A DNA stretch of 20,000 nt from an uncultured virus (IMG/VR IMGVR_UViG_3300044610_000169) (lineage: Duplodnaviria > Heunggongvirae > Uroviricota > Caudoviricetes), in the IMG/VR virus record IMGVR_UViG_3300044610_000169; one strand, 5' to 3'. Each line of letters opens with the position of its first letter. Positions within the stretch are counted from its first letter, which is position 1. Of this stretch, positions 1 through 8,219 are shown in pieces. The notes below the pieces were generated by a model, which did not search any database, was not told where the DNA came from, and was given only the letters and a program-made list of their open reading frames with translations. A program made the translations under genes and the position numbers.

Positions 1-1
1 G

Positions 2-700
2 AGCATTCTCTGCTGCCGCTTGAGCCAAAGCGTCATACCTTGCAGCATCACTGTCCTGAACGCCGATTTTTACAAACCTAGAGTCTACTTGATTCTCAGG
101 AAGCATGATTCTGCGACTTACCATCAACCCTCGCTTGGTCAAATACTCCTGTGATCTCCTGGCATCGGTTTCGCTAAGCGGGTTCCTCTCCCATGCGATG
201 TACTCTTGATCTCCAATCCTCCTGATGTTTGCGCCGAACAGCAATGCAAACTGCTTAAACCCACCTAGATCCTCGAAAACACCAGTTGGCTCAAGGTACT
301 CCGCTTGAACCGGATTTTCCATCGGAGTCGCACTGGCGAAAATCGTAAAACCAGCCTTCCTGATCCACTTAGCAGCCTCCTTAGCTTGCTGTGATTCGTC
401 GATGTTTTTAATTGAGTGAGCCTCGTCGAAAATCAAAACATCGGACTGCTTTGCGCCACCACTCCGCATTGCCGGATAGGTTATAAACTCAACGTCGTCG
501 ATGCCATACGCTTTCAGGTCATTCTTTATTTGACCAATGAGCTCAGTTCTTAATGTGACGTAAGTAAACTTTTTGGCACCAGCCTTTTTCAGTTCTCTGA
601 TCGCACCACCAAGCACAAACGTTTTGCCGCTTCCTGGCTCGCTTGCCAAAAGAAACAGCCCTTTGTTTTCCTTGTAAGCGTCTACGATACTACCTACGTC
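2..700 (-). other. SF2 helicase ATPase domain (SNF2/strawberry-notch-like) within the giant ORF, partial
   Basis: Walker A FLLASEPGSGKT (620-655), Walker B VLIFDEAH (DEAH 416-427) and motif III FASATP (SATP 323-334), all in the same frame with SF2-like spacing. Confidence 0.9.
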
Positions 701-3700
701 CTCGATTTGCTCATCGACGACCCTCTGAGGCATCCCAATTTTCAGCCCTTGAGATATTAGGTCCTTGGTGTCTTGACCAACAAGCCCTGCGACAACTCCA
801 GGAGATTTTCGACTGTCGGGCCTTCCGTCAACATCTTCTCTGAGTCGCCTGAGTTCAGTATCTTTGAGGTAAGCTGGGAGCCTTCCGCCAGTTGCATCAT
901 CAGGGACAGGAAGTCCTCTAAGCTCTTCCTGTAGTTTTTCGAACCCTTCGGCGGTAAGACTCCACGCCTCGTCTCCCTTGTTCCATCTTCCGCCTGCATT
1001 TCTGATCTGGTCTTTCCATTCATAGGTTTCACCCTTTATGTAAATTCTTCCGCTCGACGCATTTGCCCTCAGCCCGAACTTAGCGAGCAACTTGGTCGCT
1101 TTTTCATCGACCAGATTGCTGACGTTCTGATTCTCTTGTTCGATCTTGGCGGCGAACTCGGGTCGCTCAAGCAAGTAGCTAACGATCTGCTTTGCTCTTG
1201 GAGTGGTGGCGTTTTCAATCAACCATGACACATACCCAGGCTCTTGCTCAATAAGATCCTTGACTGTTTTGTTTGCGTGCTTGCCGAATCCAACAGGCTG
1301 GTCGCCGATCGCGACCTTCTCGGCAGACACAAGCTGCTCTGGGTCGAGCGTGTTCTCAAGCACTTGAATGAGCTTTGGCTTTACGGCTAGAAGTTCGCTT
1401 CCAATGAACGCCACGCCCGTAGTCTCGCCCCGTGCGATCGATTCCGCCCTCTCTTTGGCTTTTGCGATCGCTTGCTCTCGGTTAGCGCCAGCATTACCAA
1501 TGAACCTCCATCTAGTACCTATCTTCGCCCAAATGCCATACTGGTTGTTTGCAGCAACAGCAGCGATCTGCAAATCAGGCTTCCTTCCGTCAGTTATTTC
1601 TCCGAATACGACTTCTGCGGGAGTTGGCTCGGTCGGAGCCAAGAAGCTACCTCCGCCAGTTTGCTCGAGCCAACCCAAGACCTTCGGGAGGTTTGTATCT
1701 GGAGCGGCACCAATGAAGTTTCCGTCGGCAGAATCGACTTGATATCCGTAATTCGCCCACTCCATTCTCTTCCAGGAATTTACTCGCCCCATGTGAATCT
1801 TTTTGCCGAGACGTTTTGCCTCTTTGATCAAATCAACTTGCGATCTAAGAACACCAGCCTTGCTAAGCTCTTCGTCTGTTGGACGATTAAAATCCTTGTA
1901 CTGTCCCTTTGGATCAAAGCCTAGTTTCCACGGAGTGGACCCGCCAATGAAAAGCACATCAAAGTCGTCCCACGGAATCTGGCTCATGTTCTCGTCGACA
2001 CCGTCTTGCGCTACATACGCCAATGGCATCCCGTATTCTTTAACTCGCTCGTAGAATTGCTTCCATCGCTCGGTGGTTCCTTGCCAGTCACCGACCTTGT
2101 CCGGAACAACGACAAACTGTACTTTGTCTTGCAGACCAGCCTCAACGATCGAGTCAAGCAACGCGAAGAACTTGTCTTCGCTGAACGGCGCAGTTCCAGT
2201 GAACTCCGAAAACGCTCCGTTGTCGATCATGATGTGGCTGTAATCACCGCCATGTTTGATGTATTGCTTCGTTGCTGGAGTAATGACCAAGCCGAGACCA
2301 GGGTTTGCCTTTGCGGCATCTCTCACTGGGTTCGAGCTATGCCCAGTAAGGAAACTTGTTGGGTGATCGCCTACCCTGTGCCTGCGATTCATCCACTTTC
2401 GATACGCAGATCCGTCTGGGTAGTGCGTCTCGCTAGGTGCAACTTCCTTGCCGCCTTCAGCCTTGCCCTTGAGCGCATCATCAAACTTGCCACCTGGATC
2501 CCCTGTTAGATCCAAGCTATGCGCAACTCTCCACGCCGACTCGAAGTAAGGCTTGATCTCATCGAGCGCATCTGCCGCGAAGTTAGTCGACACGTTTTCC
2601 ACAAACGCAGCAAACGTCAAAACTCCATCTTCTATCTCAGCAATAGCGATCTGCACTGCAATTTTCGCGAGTTTCGCATCAAGACCCGAAGGCGGCTTGT
2701 TCTTAAACTCATCCTTGAACTGCTGGTACAGATCAGCCTTCTTTTTGCGCGCAGCATCTCTGGCTTGCTCGGTAGCGGTTGGCTTCTTGTCTTTCTTTAA
2801 CGATCGAGGCTTCTTTCGCTTCTTACCCTTCTTCTCGATCGGAGCGGCTTGTCTTGATCGCATCTGAGCCTCAAACTCAGCCCTCACCATGTCATCCATT
2901 GCGGCATTCTCATCGTCCACCGTGTCGGGTATTGCTATCTGCCCGTCCTCAGATTGCCATGTCGGCTCAGCTTTCAGCTTCGACTCTGTTCGCACGACAC
3001 CAGACCTGGACGCCTTCGAAAGCAACTCTAGCATGCGAGCGTGCTTCGCCTCCCCGGCTTGCGTAAAGTAGAACGTTCCAGCTATCCCCTGCGAAGGCTG
3101 CTGAAGTCCGAAGTCCATCAACTCCATAAGCTCGGACTCTTCGTCGTCAGTAAGCTTTGAACGATCTAGCCCGTTGTTGTTCAGTAGTCCAGTTCCGTCT
3201 TTGTGTGTGTATCGAACAACGGTATCGCCAACTTTCGCTTTCGGCATTTCCTCTCGTTTAGGCGATTTTGCCTCACGCTCTTTGTCGTAAGCGAACAACT
3301 CGTCCCGCACTGACGCTGGAACGTCTTTGCCTTGATCGATGCCTCGACGCACGACCGATGACCAACTCTCGCCCCAACCTGCCTCTTGTGCCTCAAGGCG
3401 GCTAGCTTGCCATGGTTCTTTTTGCGATGGTGCTACTGGCTGCTCCTGCGATTGCTGGTCTTTGGAGACTCCTGCCAGCGATTGCGCAGAAGGCTCTTTC
3501 CCTTCTGGCTGCTCCCACGGATCCTCGGCTGGCGGGGTAGTTCCCTCAAACGGATCGCCGGCAGTCGGCACCTCTGGCGTGGCAACGTTGCCGCTTGCTT
3601 GCTGATCGAAGAACTCCTTGTCGGTTAGCGGCTGGACTGGAGGTTGCTCTGCGGGTGGCGCTGAATCACTCAGTTTTTTAGCACCAGAGAAATTACTAAT

Positions 3701-5890
3701 TTCAAAAGCGTATGCCAGTAACTCCTCGTCGCTTTTGTCCTTAGCAAACGCTGCGTTATATTTTATTTCGTTATAACCATCGGCAAATATAGAGACCGAT
3801 CCATCCGAAACCCGAAAAACAATGGCGACCCATTCGCCGTTTTCGTCAGTGACTTGGTAATCCGCCCTGGTCCTGGTTTCCCTCGGTTTCAATCGCTGCT
3901 CTTCTAGATCCCTAGCGTTTTGTTCCTCGGTTTCTTTTTTCCATTGCTCAAACGACAATTTCCTACTGGCTACTTCCGCTTCCTCTAAAACTTTAGCTTG
4001 GTCAATTGAAACTGGAGTTCCGCTTATCACTGCGTTTTGCAAGGCATCGACGCCTGAACTACCAATCCCATTGGACTCCGCAAACTTCCTGGTAAAATTC
4101 CAGCCTAAGGGCAATCCATCAGAATTAAACAGAGATTCATATTCTGCCGGAATTGGATTGCCATTGTATGTAAGCCTTTGCTGCGACCCAAGCGGAGGCT
4201 GGAGCGGTGGCTGGACGGTCGGCTGCGGAACCACTGGAGGCACTGTCGCCGTGTCATTTGGCGGTGGAGTGGAAACGTTACCACCCCTAGCAGCCATCCT
4301 TTCAAAAAACTCCCTGTCTAAATCGGCCTGGGAAGCCTGCGGAACGAGCTCGCCATCTTCGGGGATCGGAACCTCGGCGAACTGCTCAGGTTGCACGGCA
4401 ACTTGCGGCTGTGGAGTCTGAGCCTGTTGCTGCTGGTTGATGAACTCTTGGTCCAACTGCTTCGAAGCTTCTGCTTCTTGCTGACCTAGCTGCTCGATCT
4501 CACTTTCAACGTTCGCCATGCGTTCGCGACGGCTGTTGCCTTCGATTCCAGCCGCTTTGGCGTCCGACTCCGAAACGAAGTTCTTGGCACGAATCTGCTC
4601 AAGTTGGTATCGGCGAGCGCGGATAGACGACAATCCAGCACCACCAACCGCCGGTACTCCAAGCAAGAACGCCATCGGCAGAGCTGCTTCCTTGGTTTGC
4701 TCCCATCCGTTGGCAAACGCATCCGCGATCGTTTTCTCTTTGGCGTCCTTGTCGATGTACTGCGCAACGTACTGACCGAGACCGCTCGTGACGCCTTGCA
4801 AATACTCCTCACCCAACTCTGGAGGTGCTTTCTTCAACGCTTCCCACAAATACTGGCGAGCTGCCTTCATCGCCCCTTGCTTGAGCGAAACGGTGCCACC
4901 AAACGGATTCGGAACGATACCCTCGACCAGACCTGCGACCGTTGCTGTGCCGCCAGCAAGCAACCGCAATTTCCAGTCGTCCTCCATGCCGATTTCTTTG
5001 AGTTGGTCAACCTCTTGAGCGTATTGACCTGGAAACGCAGCCGACGTGATACCAGCTAGTGTTCCAGCACCCTGAAAAACGCCTTTTGTCGTTGCGCCTT
5101 TCAAACCGATCGCTGTTGGAACGCGACCAACCGCACCAGCCGCCTGAAATGCTGCCTTTGCTCCAGGGACTCCTGCCGCAGCACCTCTAGCCAGTAACGT
5201 TCCAGCCCCTTGACCAGCAGCACGCCCAAGACCACCAGCACCAACGATGGTCGCCATCCACGGTGCCATTTGGAGAGCTTGAAGAGGACCGCGTTCGTAC
5301 CACGGATCGCTTGGACGAGCAGGATCGAACTCTTGTGCGGCCATTGCGTCAAGTTTGCGAATAGTTTCGATTTCCTCTGCGGTCCCCCCAGCACCGAACA
5401 ACTCCTTGACAGGTTGAGACACCTGCGCGACGCCTCTGCTGACAGCACCCATGGTACGATTGAGGATTCCGCCGCGATCGTCACCCATCTGCTGCGAGAC
5501 ACCTGACGACACCCGCAACACCTCTTCCAGTTGCTCAGGTTTCAGCTTGCGAATGATTTCGAGACGCTTCGCTCGATCGCCGACGTTCATCTGGAGATCT
5601 TTGGCAATGCTGACCACCTTTGGGTCCGCTTGCTCGGCATAGGCTCGCTGCTGCCGACGCTGATTGACTTCCTTTTTCCTTTGCGAAAGCGAATACAAAT
5701 CAAGAAAGCTATTTCCCGTATCCTTTAACCTACTGTCGATAATCGCCTGTTCGCGTGGATCTTCATACGCAGGGATCGCAAGTCCTTCCGAAGCAGGAGC
5801 GACGCTACTCTCCACAACTGGCGTTTGCGATAAGCTGCCAGTGCTCTTTTGCCTCTGCACTTCCCTGAACATCTCTAGGAAATCACCCAT
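2..5890 (-). CDS. Giant multidomain (polyvalent / DarB-like) probable internal virion protein, >1960 aa, truncated by the window edge; contains a TGT/DpdA-like domain and an SF2 helicase
   Basis: ATG at 5890 preceded by AAAAGGT (MGDFLEMFREVQRQ...). No stop was seen in the parts translated by hand, and the ORF track lists no terminated ORF in this frame, consistent with it running off the window. Contains a Gly/Ala-rich N-terminal region, P/Q/E linkers, DNGAFS...HMGRVNS...DSADG, GFGKH, and helicase motifs SEPGSGKT, LIFDEAH and ASATP. Confidence 0.92.
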   Translation of the reverse strand, partial: MGDFLEMFREVQRQKSTGSLSQTPVVESSVAPASEGLAIPAYEDPREQAIIDSRLKDTGNSFLDLYSLSQRKKEVNQRRQQRAYAEQADPKVVSIAKDLQMNVGDRAKRLEIIRKLKPEQLEEVLRVSSGVSQQMGDDRGGILNRTMGAVSRGVAQVSQPVKELFGAGGTAEEIETIRKLDAMAAQEFDPARPSDPWYERGPLQALQMAPWMATIVGAGGLGRAAGQGAGTLLARGAAAGVPGAKAAFQAAGAVGRVPTAIGLKGATTKGVFQGAGTLAGITSAAFPGQYAQEVDQLKEIGMEDDWKLRLLAGGTATVAGLVEGIVPNPFGGTVSLKQGAMKAARQYLWEALKKAPPELGEEYLQGVTSGLGQYVAQYIDKDAKEKTIADAFANGWEQTKEAALPMAFLLGVPAVGGAGLSSIRARRYQLEQIRAKNFVSESDAKAAGIEGNSRRERMANVESEIEQLGQQEAEASKQLDQEFINQQQQAQTPQPQVAVQPEQFAEVPIPEDGELVPQASQADLDREFFERMAARGGNVSTPPPNDTATVPPVVPQPTVQPPLQPPLGSQQRLTYNGNPIPAEYESLFNSDGLPLGWNFTRKFAESNGIGSSGVDALQNAVISGTPVSIDQAKVLEEAEVASRKLSFEQWKKETEEQNARDLEEQRLKPRETRTRADYQVTDENGEWVAIVFRVSDGSVSIFADGYNEIKYNAAFAKDKSDEELLAYAFEISNFSGAKKLSDSAPPAEQPPVQPLTDKEFFDQQASGNVATPEVPTAGDPFEGTTPPAEDPWEQPEGKEPSAQSLAGVSKDQQSQEQPVAPSQKEPWQASRLEAQEAGWGESWSSVVRRGIDQGKDVPASVRDELFAYDKEREAKSPKREEMPKAKVGDTVVRYTHKDGTGLLNNNGLDRSKLTDDEESELMELMDFGLQQPSQGIAGTFYFTQAGEAKHARMLELLSKASRSGVVRTESKLKAEPTWQSEDGQIAIPDTVDDENAAMDDMVRAEFEAQMRSRQAAPIEKKGKKRKKPRSLKKDKKPTATEQARDAARKKKADLYQQFKDEFKNKPPSGLDAKLAKIAVQIAIAEIEDGVLTFAAFVENVSTNFAADALDEIKPYFESAWRVAHSLDLTGDPGGKFDDALKGKAEGGKEVAPSETHYPDGSAYRKWMNRRHRVGDHPTSFLTGHSSNPVRDAAKANPGLGLVITPATKQYIKHGGDYSHIMIDNGAFSEFTGTAPFSEDKFFALLDSIVEAGLQDKVQFVVVPDKVGDWQGTTERWKQFYERVKEYGMPLAYVAQDGVDENMSQIPWDDFDVLFIGGSTPWKLGFDPKGQYKDFNRPTDEELSKAGVLRSQVDLIKEAKRLGKKIHMGRVNSWKRMEWANYGYQVDSADGNFIGAAPDTNLPKVLGWLEQTGGGSFLAPTEPTPAEVVFGEITDGRKPDLQIAAVAANNQYGIWAKIGTRWRFIGNAGANREQAIAKAKERAESIARGETTGVAFIGSELLAVKPKLIQVLENTLDPEQLVSAEKVAIGDQPVGFGKHANKTVKDLIEQEPGYVSWLIENATTPRAKQIVSYLLERPEFAAKIEQENQNVSNLVDEKATKLLAKFGLRANASSGRIYIKGETYEWKDQIRNAGGRWNKGDEAWSLTAEGFEKLQEELRGLPVPDDATGGRLPAYLKDTELRRLREDVDGRPDSRKSPGVVAGLVGQDTKDLISQGLKIGMPQRVVDEQIEDVGSIVDAYKENKGLFLLASEPGSGKTFVLGGAIRELKKAGAKKFTYVTLRTELIGQIKNDLKAYGIDDVEFITYPAMRSGGAKQSDVLIFDEAHSIKNIDESQQAKEAAKWIRKAGFTIFASATPMENPVQAEYLEPTGVFEDLGGFKQFALLFGANIRRIGDQEYIAWERNPLSETDARRSQEYLTKRGLMVSRRIMLPENQVDSRFVKIGVQDSDAARYDALAQAAAENA
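1215..1305 (-). other. Small FGKH-motif domain (ExoX C-terminal/DUF3820-like) within the giant ORF
   Basis: DQPVGFGKHANKTVKDLIEQEPGYVSWLIEN matches the FGK(H/Y)xGxxxxxxxxxDPxYxxW pattern of that family. Confidence 0.7.
1665..2350 (-). other. tRNA-guanine-transglycosylase (TGT)/DpdA-like TIM-barrel domain within the giant ORF
   Basis: IMIDNGAFS (DNGAFS 2207-2224), FVVVPDKVGD, PLAYVAQDG, DVLFIGGST, KIHMGRVNS and VDSADG occur in the same order as the TGT-family motifs DSGxF, pD, V-Q/H-G, iGG, H-x-G and DS-D. Confidence 0.75.
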
Positions 5891-5941
5891 CTGGAAACCT
5901 TTTGCCTTGTAAAGCTTGTTGATTGTCTTAAAAGTTCAGGG

Positions 5942-8203
5942 TCAGCTTATTTGACCTGTCACGCTTCTTGACGAAGACGGTGGTTTTCGCAGCACTTCCT
6001 CTGGGATTTCTCCTCGGTATGACTTGCTCATTGGACCTGACCTAGAGGGGTATTTCTTCTGCTCCGTAGTTGGCTTTTCGTACTTGCTCGCTTTTCCTTT
6101 GCCAACCTTGATCGTATTGCCCGTCGTCCAGTCGTACCCGTCTAAATACCGAGACACCTTAAATGCAGCCTCTAAGTAGGCCATATCTTCCTCGCTAAGC
6201 TGCGAGACAGGGATATTGAAGAATTGACCATCCTTTCGCTTCACAGTGATCGTCTGCTGACCAGAAGGCTGTCTAGATGCTGCTGCAAGAGACTCCACGA
6301 CGAGAGTTCCTTCCAGAGTTTTCCCTTCTGCGTTTTTCCATGTCCTCAGTTTTCCTTGGTCCTGCGTTGCATCACTTGCAGGCGACGGAGCAACTGAACT
6401 TGCTGCTGGTGGCTCAGCCTGCTCAAGTTGACCAAGTAGCGATGGGCTTGCCGGTGGGCTTGCGGGTTTCATCCTGGGGTTTTTTCTTTGAGTTTCAATC
6501 GACTCTCTAAGAGAATCCGCAATCTCCTGGTCCTTCGAAGGCGGAAGCCCAGTCATTAGCGACTTAGCTCGTTGGCGGTTGTCGGTGTCTCTGTCTTGCA
6601 TGACTTTACCGACTCTTTTTTGGGTTTCCTTGACCTGAGCAGAAATGTCGCCATAGATTTGACCAGGAATTTCCAGGACGTCCTTTTGGCTTCCCCATGC
6701 AGGCAATTTCTTTTTGGTGGGCTGACCTGAATTGCGACCAGCGACCAATTTTGCTACGTCATCCTCCGTGAATCCTGCCGCATCCAGCGTTGCCACTGCT
6801 GCTGCCTGTTGTTCGCGTGTCGCACTGGGGTTTGCAGCGATCGCCTCAGCTTCCTTAACCTTCGGGTCGTCCCTGCTTATGCGCATTGGAGCGGCAGTCG
6901 CCTCTGGCAACGCATTGTAAGTCGCCATTTGCGCTGGCGTTGACGCCCCTGGCGAAACATCAGCAGTCGCAGCCGGCGCAGGCTTCTTCCTGCCGCCCAT
7001 TATCGTCAGTCCACCTCTGCCGCCGCCCATGGCTGTCCCAGGCTTACCGACTGGCTCGTCGTACTCTGGCATTGTTCCGCCAGGACGGATCGAAGCGGTG
7101 ACACGGTTGCCTGTCGCGGGATTGATGCCGTAATCGATCATTCCGAGGCCGTATCTACCTCCTGGCTTGCCAAGCGTTTCCTTTTGAGGGTTGACGATGC
7201 TCTGATCGGCACCACGCATCCGAGCGTACTCTGGGTTCTCTGGGTCGAAATAGTTTGTGCCTGCGCTTCTACCAGGGTTTGCAGCATCGTAAGCCATGTC
7301 TACTAAATTGGCATTGTAAGGAGCGCCGCCTGGGAGGTACTGCGTTGCAGGCTGCTGCTGCGGAGGTTGTGCAGGGTTCGCCAGCACGTTCGCAGCACCA
7401 AACACTTGTGGCGAGGTATAGCTCCCTGGCTGATACGCACCTGGACCGACCGGAGCACCCATCCCGCCTTGTGCCATCACTGGAGACGCACCGAACGTTG
7501 GCTGACCGCCAGTGTACGACGCTTGGGGATTCGCCGCTGGAGTTGTCGCAGGAGCGTTTGGCGGTTGTGCTGCTGGTTGACCTTGCCCTTGAGGTTGCGA
7601 CAAGCCTTGCAGGAACTTCTGCTTCGCCAAGTAGTCGTTGTGCATCTGCGCCTGGATGTTCTCTGGAGTAACAGGGGTGTCTGGACCTGCCGCTTCGAGC
7701 CTAGCCTGCGCGGCTGCATACGCATTGGCGTAGTTCTTCTCGTCGCTGAAATACTCAGCCTCAGTCATGGGTGGCTTCGTTTGCAGTGCTGCTGGACCCA
7801 TCTGCTGCATCATCGGCTGAACCTTGCCCGTCGACCTGGACATTCGCATGCGGGATTGCAGGTTCCCCAATGCTTGCGCTCGTTGAGTGCCGTCGATGTT
7901 CGTGTCTCGCATGATCTGCCTCATGGCACGCTGATCTTGCCGTAGCGCCCTGACCGTATCGGGATCGTACAAACCGCTACGGATCTCCTGCTCGAGCATT
8001 GCGTCGTCTTCCCCGATCGACGGCTCACGCATCTCCCGCATTGCACCCATGCGCTGCATGTCGTACTGTTGGTCTTGCGTTCTCTGACGCATCTGCTGGT
8101 CGGCTCGCTGCTGCTGGAGGACCATCGCCATGCCGTACTTGGTCCGTGGGTTCTCTTGGTCTGGCGCAATTCCAGCGGCTTGGTGTCTGAGTACGATCGG
8201 CAT
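5942..8203 (-). CDS. Q/P/A/G-rich, largely low-complexity protein (putative internal virion/ejection protein) with C-terminal SHD1-like domain
   Basis: 753-aa ORF with ATG start, upstream TAAGGA and co-orientation with its neighbours. Lies directly before the giant ORF. RTWKNAEGKTLEGTL...VKRKDGQFFNIPVSQLSEEDMAYL occurs at about 6168-6349. Confidence 0.85.
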   Translation of the reverse strand: MPIVLRHQAAGIAPDQENPRTKYGMAMVLQQQRADQQMRQRTQDQQYDMQRMGAMREMREPSIGEDDAMLEQEIRSGLYDPDTVRALRQDQRAMRQIMRDTNIDGTQRAQALGNLQSRMRMSRSTGKVQPMMQQMGPAALQTKPPMTEAEYFSDEKNYANAYAAAQARLEAAGPDTPVTPENIQAQMHNDYLAKQKFLQGLSQPQGQGQPAAQPPNAPATTPAANPQASYTGGQPTFGASPVMAQGGMGAPVGPGAYQPGSYTSPQVFGAANVLANPAQPPQQQPATQYLPGGAPYNANLVDMAYDAANPGRSAGTNYFDPENPEYARMRGADQSIVNPQKETLGKPGGRYGLGMIDYGINPATGNRVTASIRPGGTMPEYDEPVGKPGTAMGGGRGGLTIMGGRKKPAPAATADVSPGASTPAQMATYNALPEATAAPMRISRDDPKVKEAEAIAANPSATREQQAAAVATLDAAGFTEDDVAKLVAGRNSGQPTKKKLPAWGSQKDVLEIPGQIYGDISAQVKETQKRVGKVMQDRDTDNRQRAKSLMTGLPPSKDQEIADSLRESIETQRKNPRMKPASPPASPSLLGQLEQAEPPAASSVAPSPASDATQDQGKLRTWKNAEGKTLEGTLVVESLAAASRQPSGQQTITVKRKDGQFFNIPVSQLSEEDMAYLEAAFKVSRYLDGYDWTTGNTIKVGKGKASKYEKPTTEQKKYPSRSGPMSKSYRGEIPEEVLRKPPSSSRSVTGQIS

Positions 8204-8219
8204 TTACAGAATCCTTAAA

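Noticed and set aside
757..5502. Short minus-strand ORFs 757-1032, 3181-3396, 4105-4305, 4486-4812 and 5101-5502
   Set aside because: Out-of-frame overlaps nested in the giant ORF, whose frame carries the coherent protein motifs.
5891..5944. The 753-aa ORF and the giant ORF share a reading frame, suggesting stop-codon readthrough or recoding
   Set aside because: Two in-frame TGA codons (5942-5944 and 5936-5938) intervene, the giant ORF has its own SD-like sequence and ATG, and all three stop codons are used normally elsewhere.
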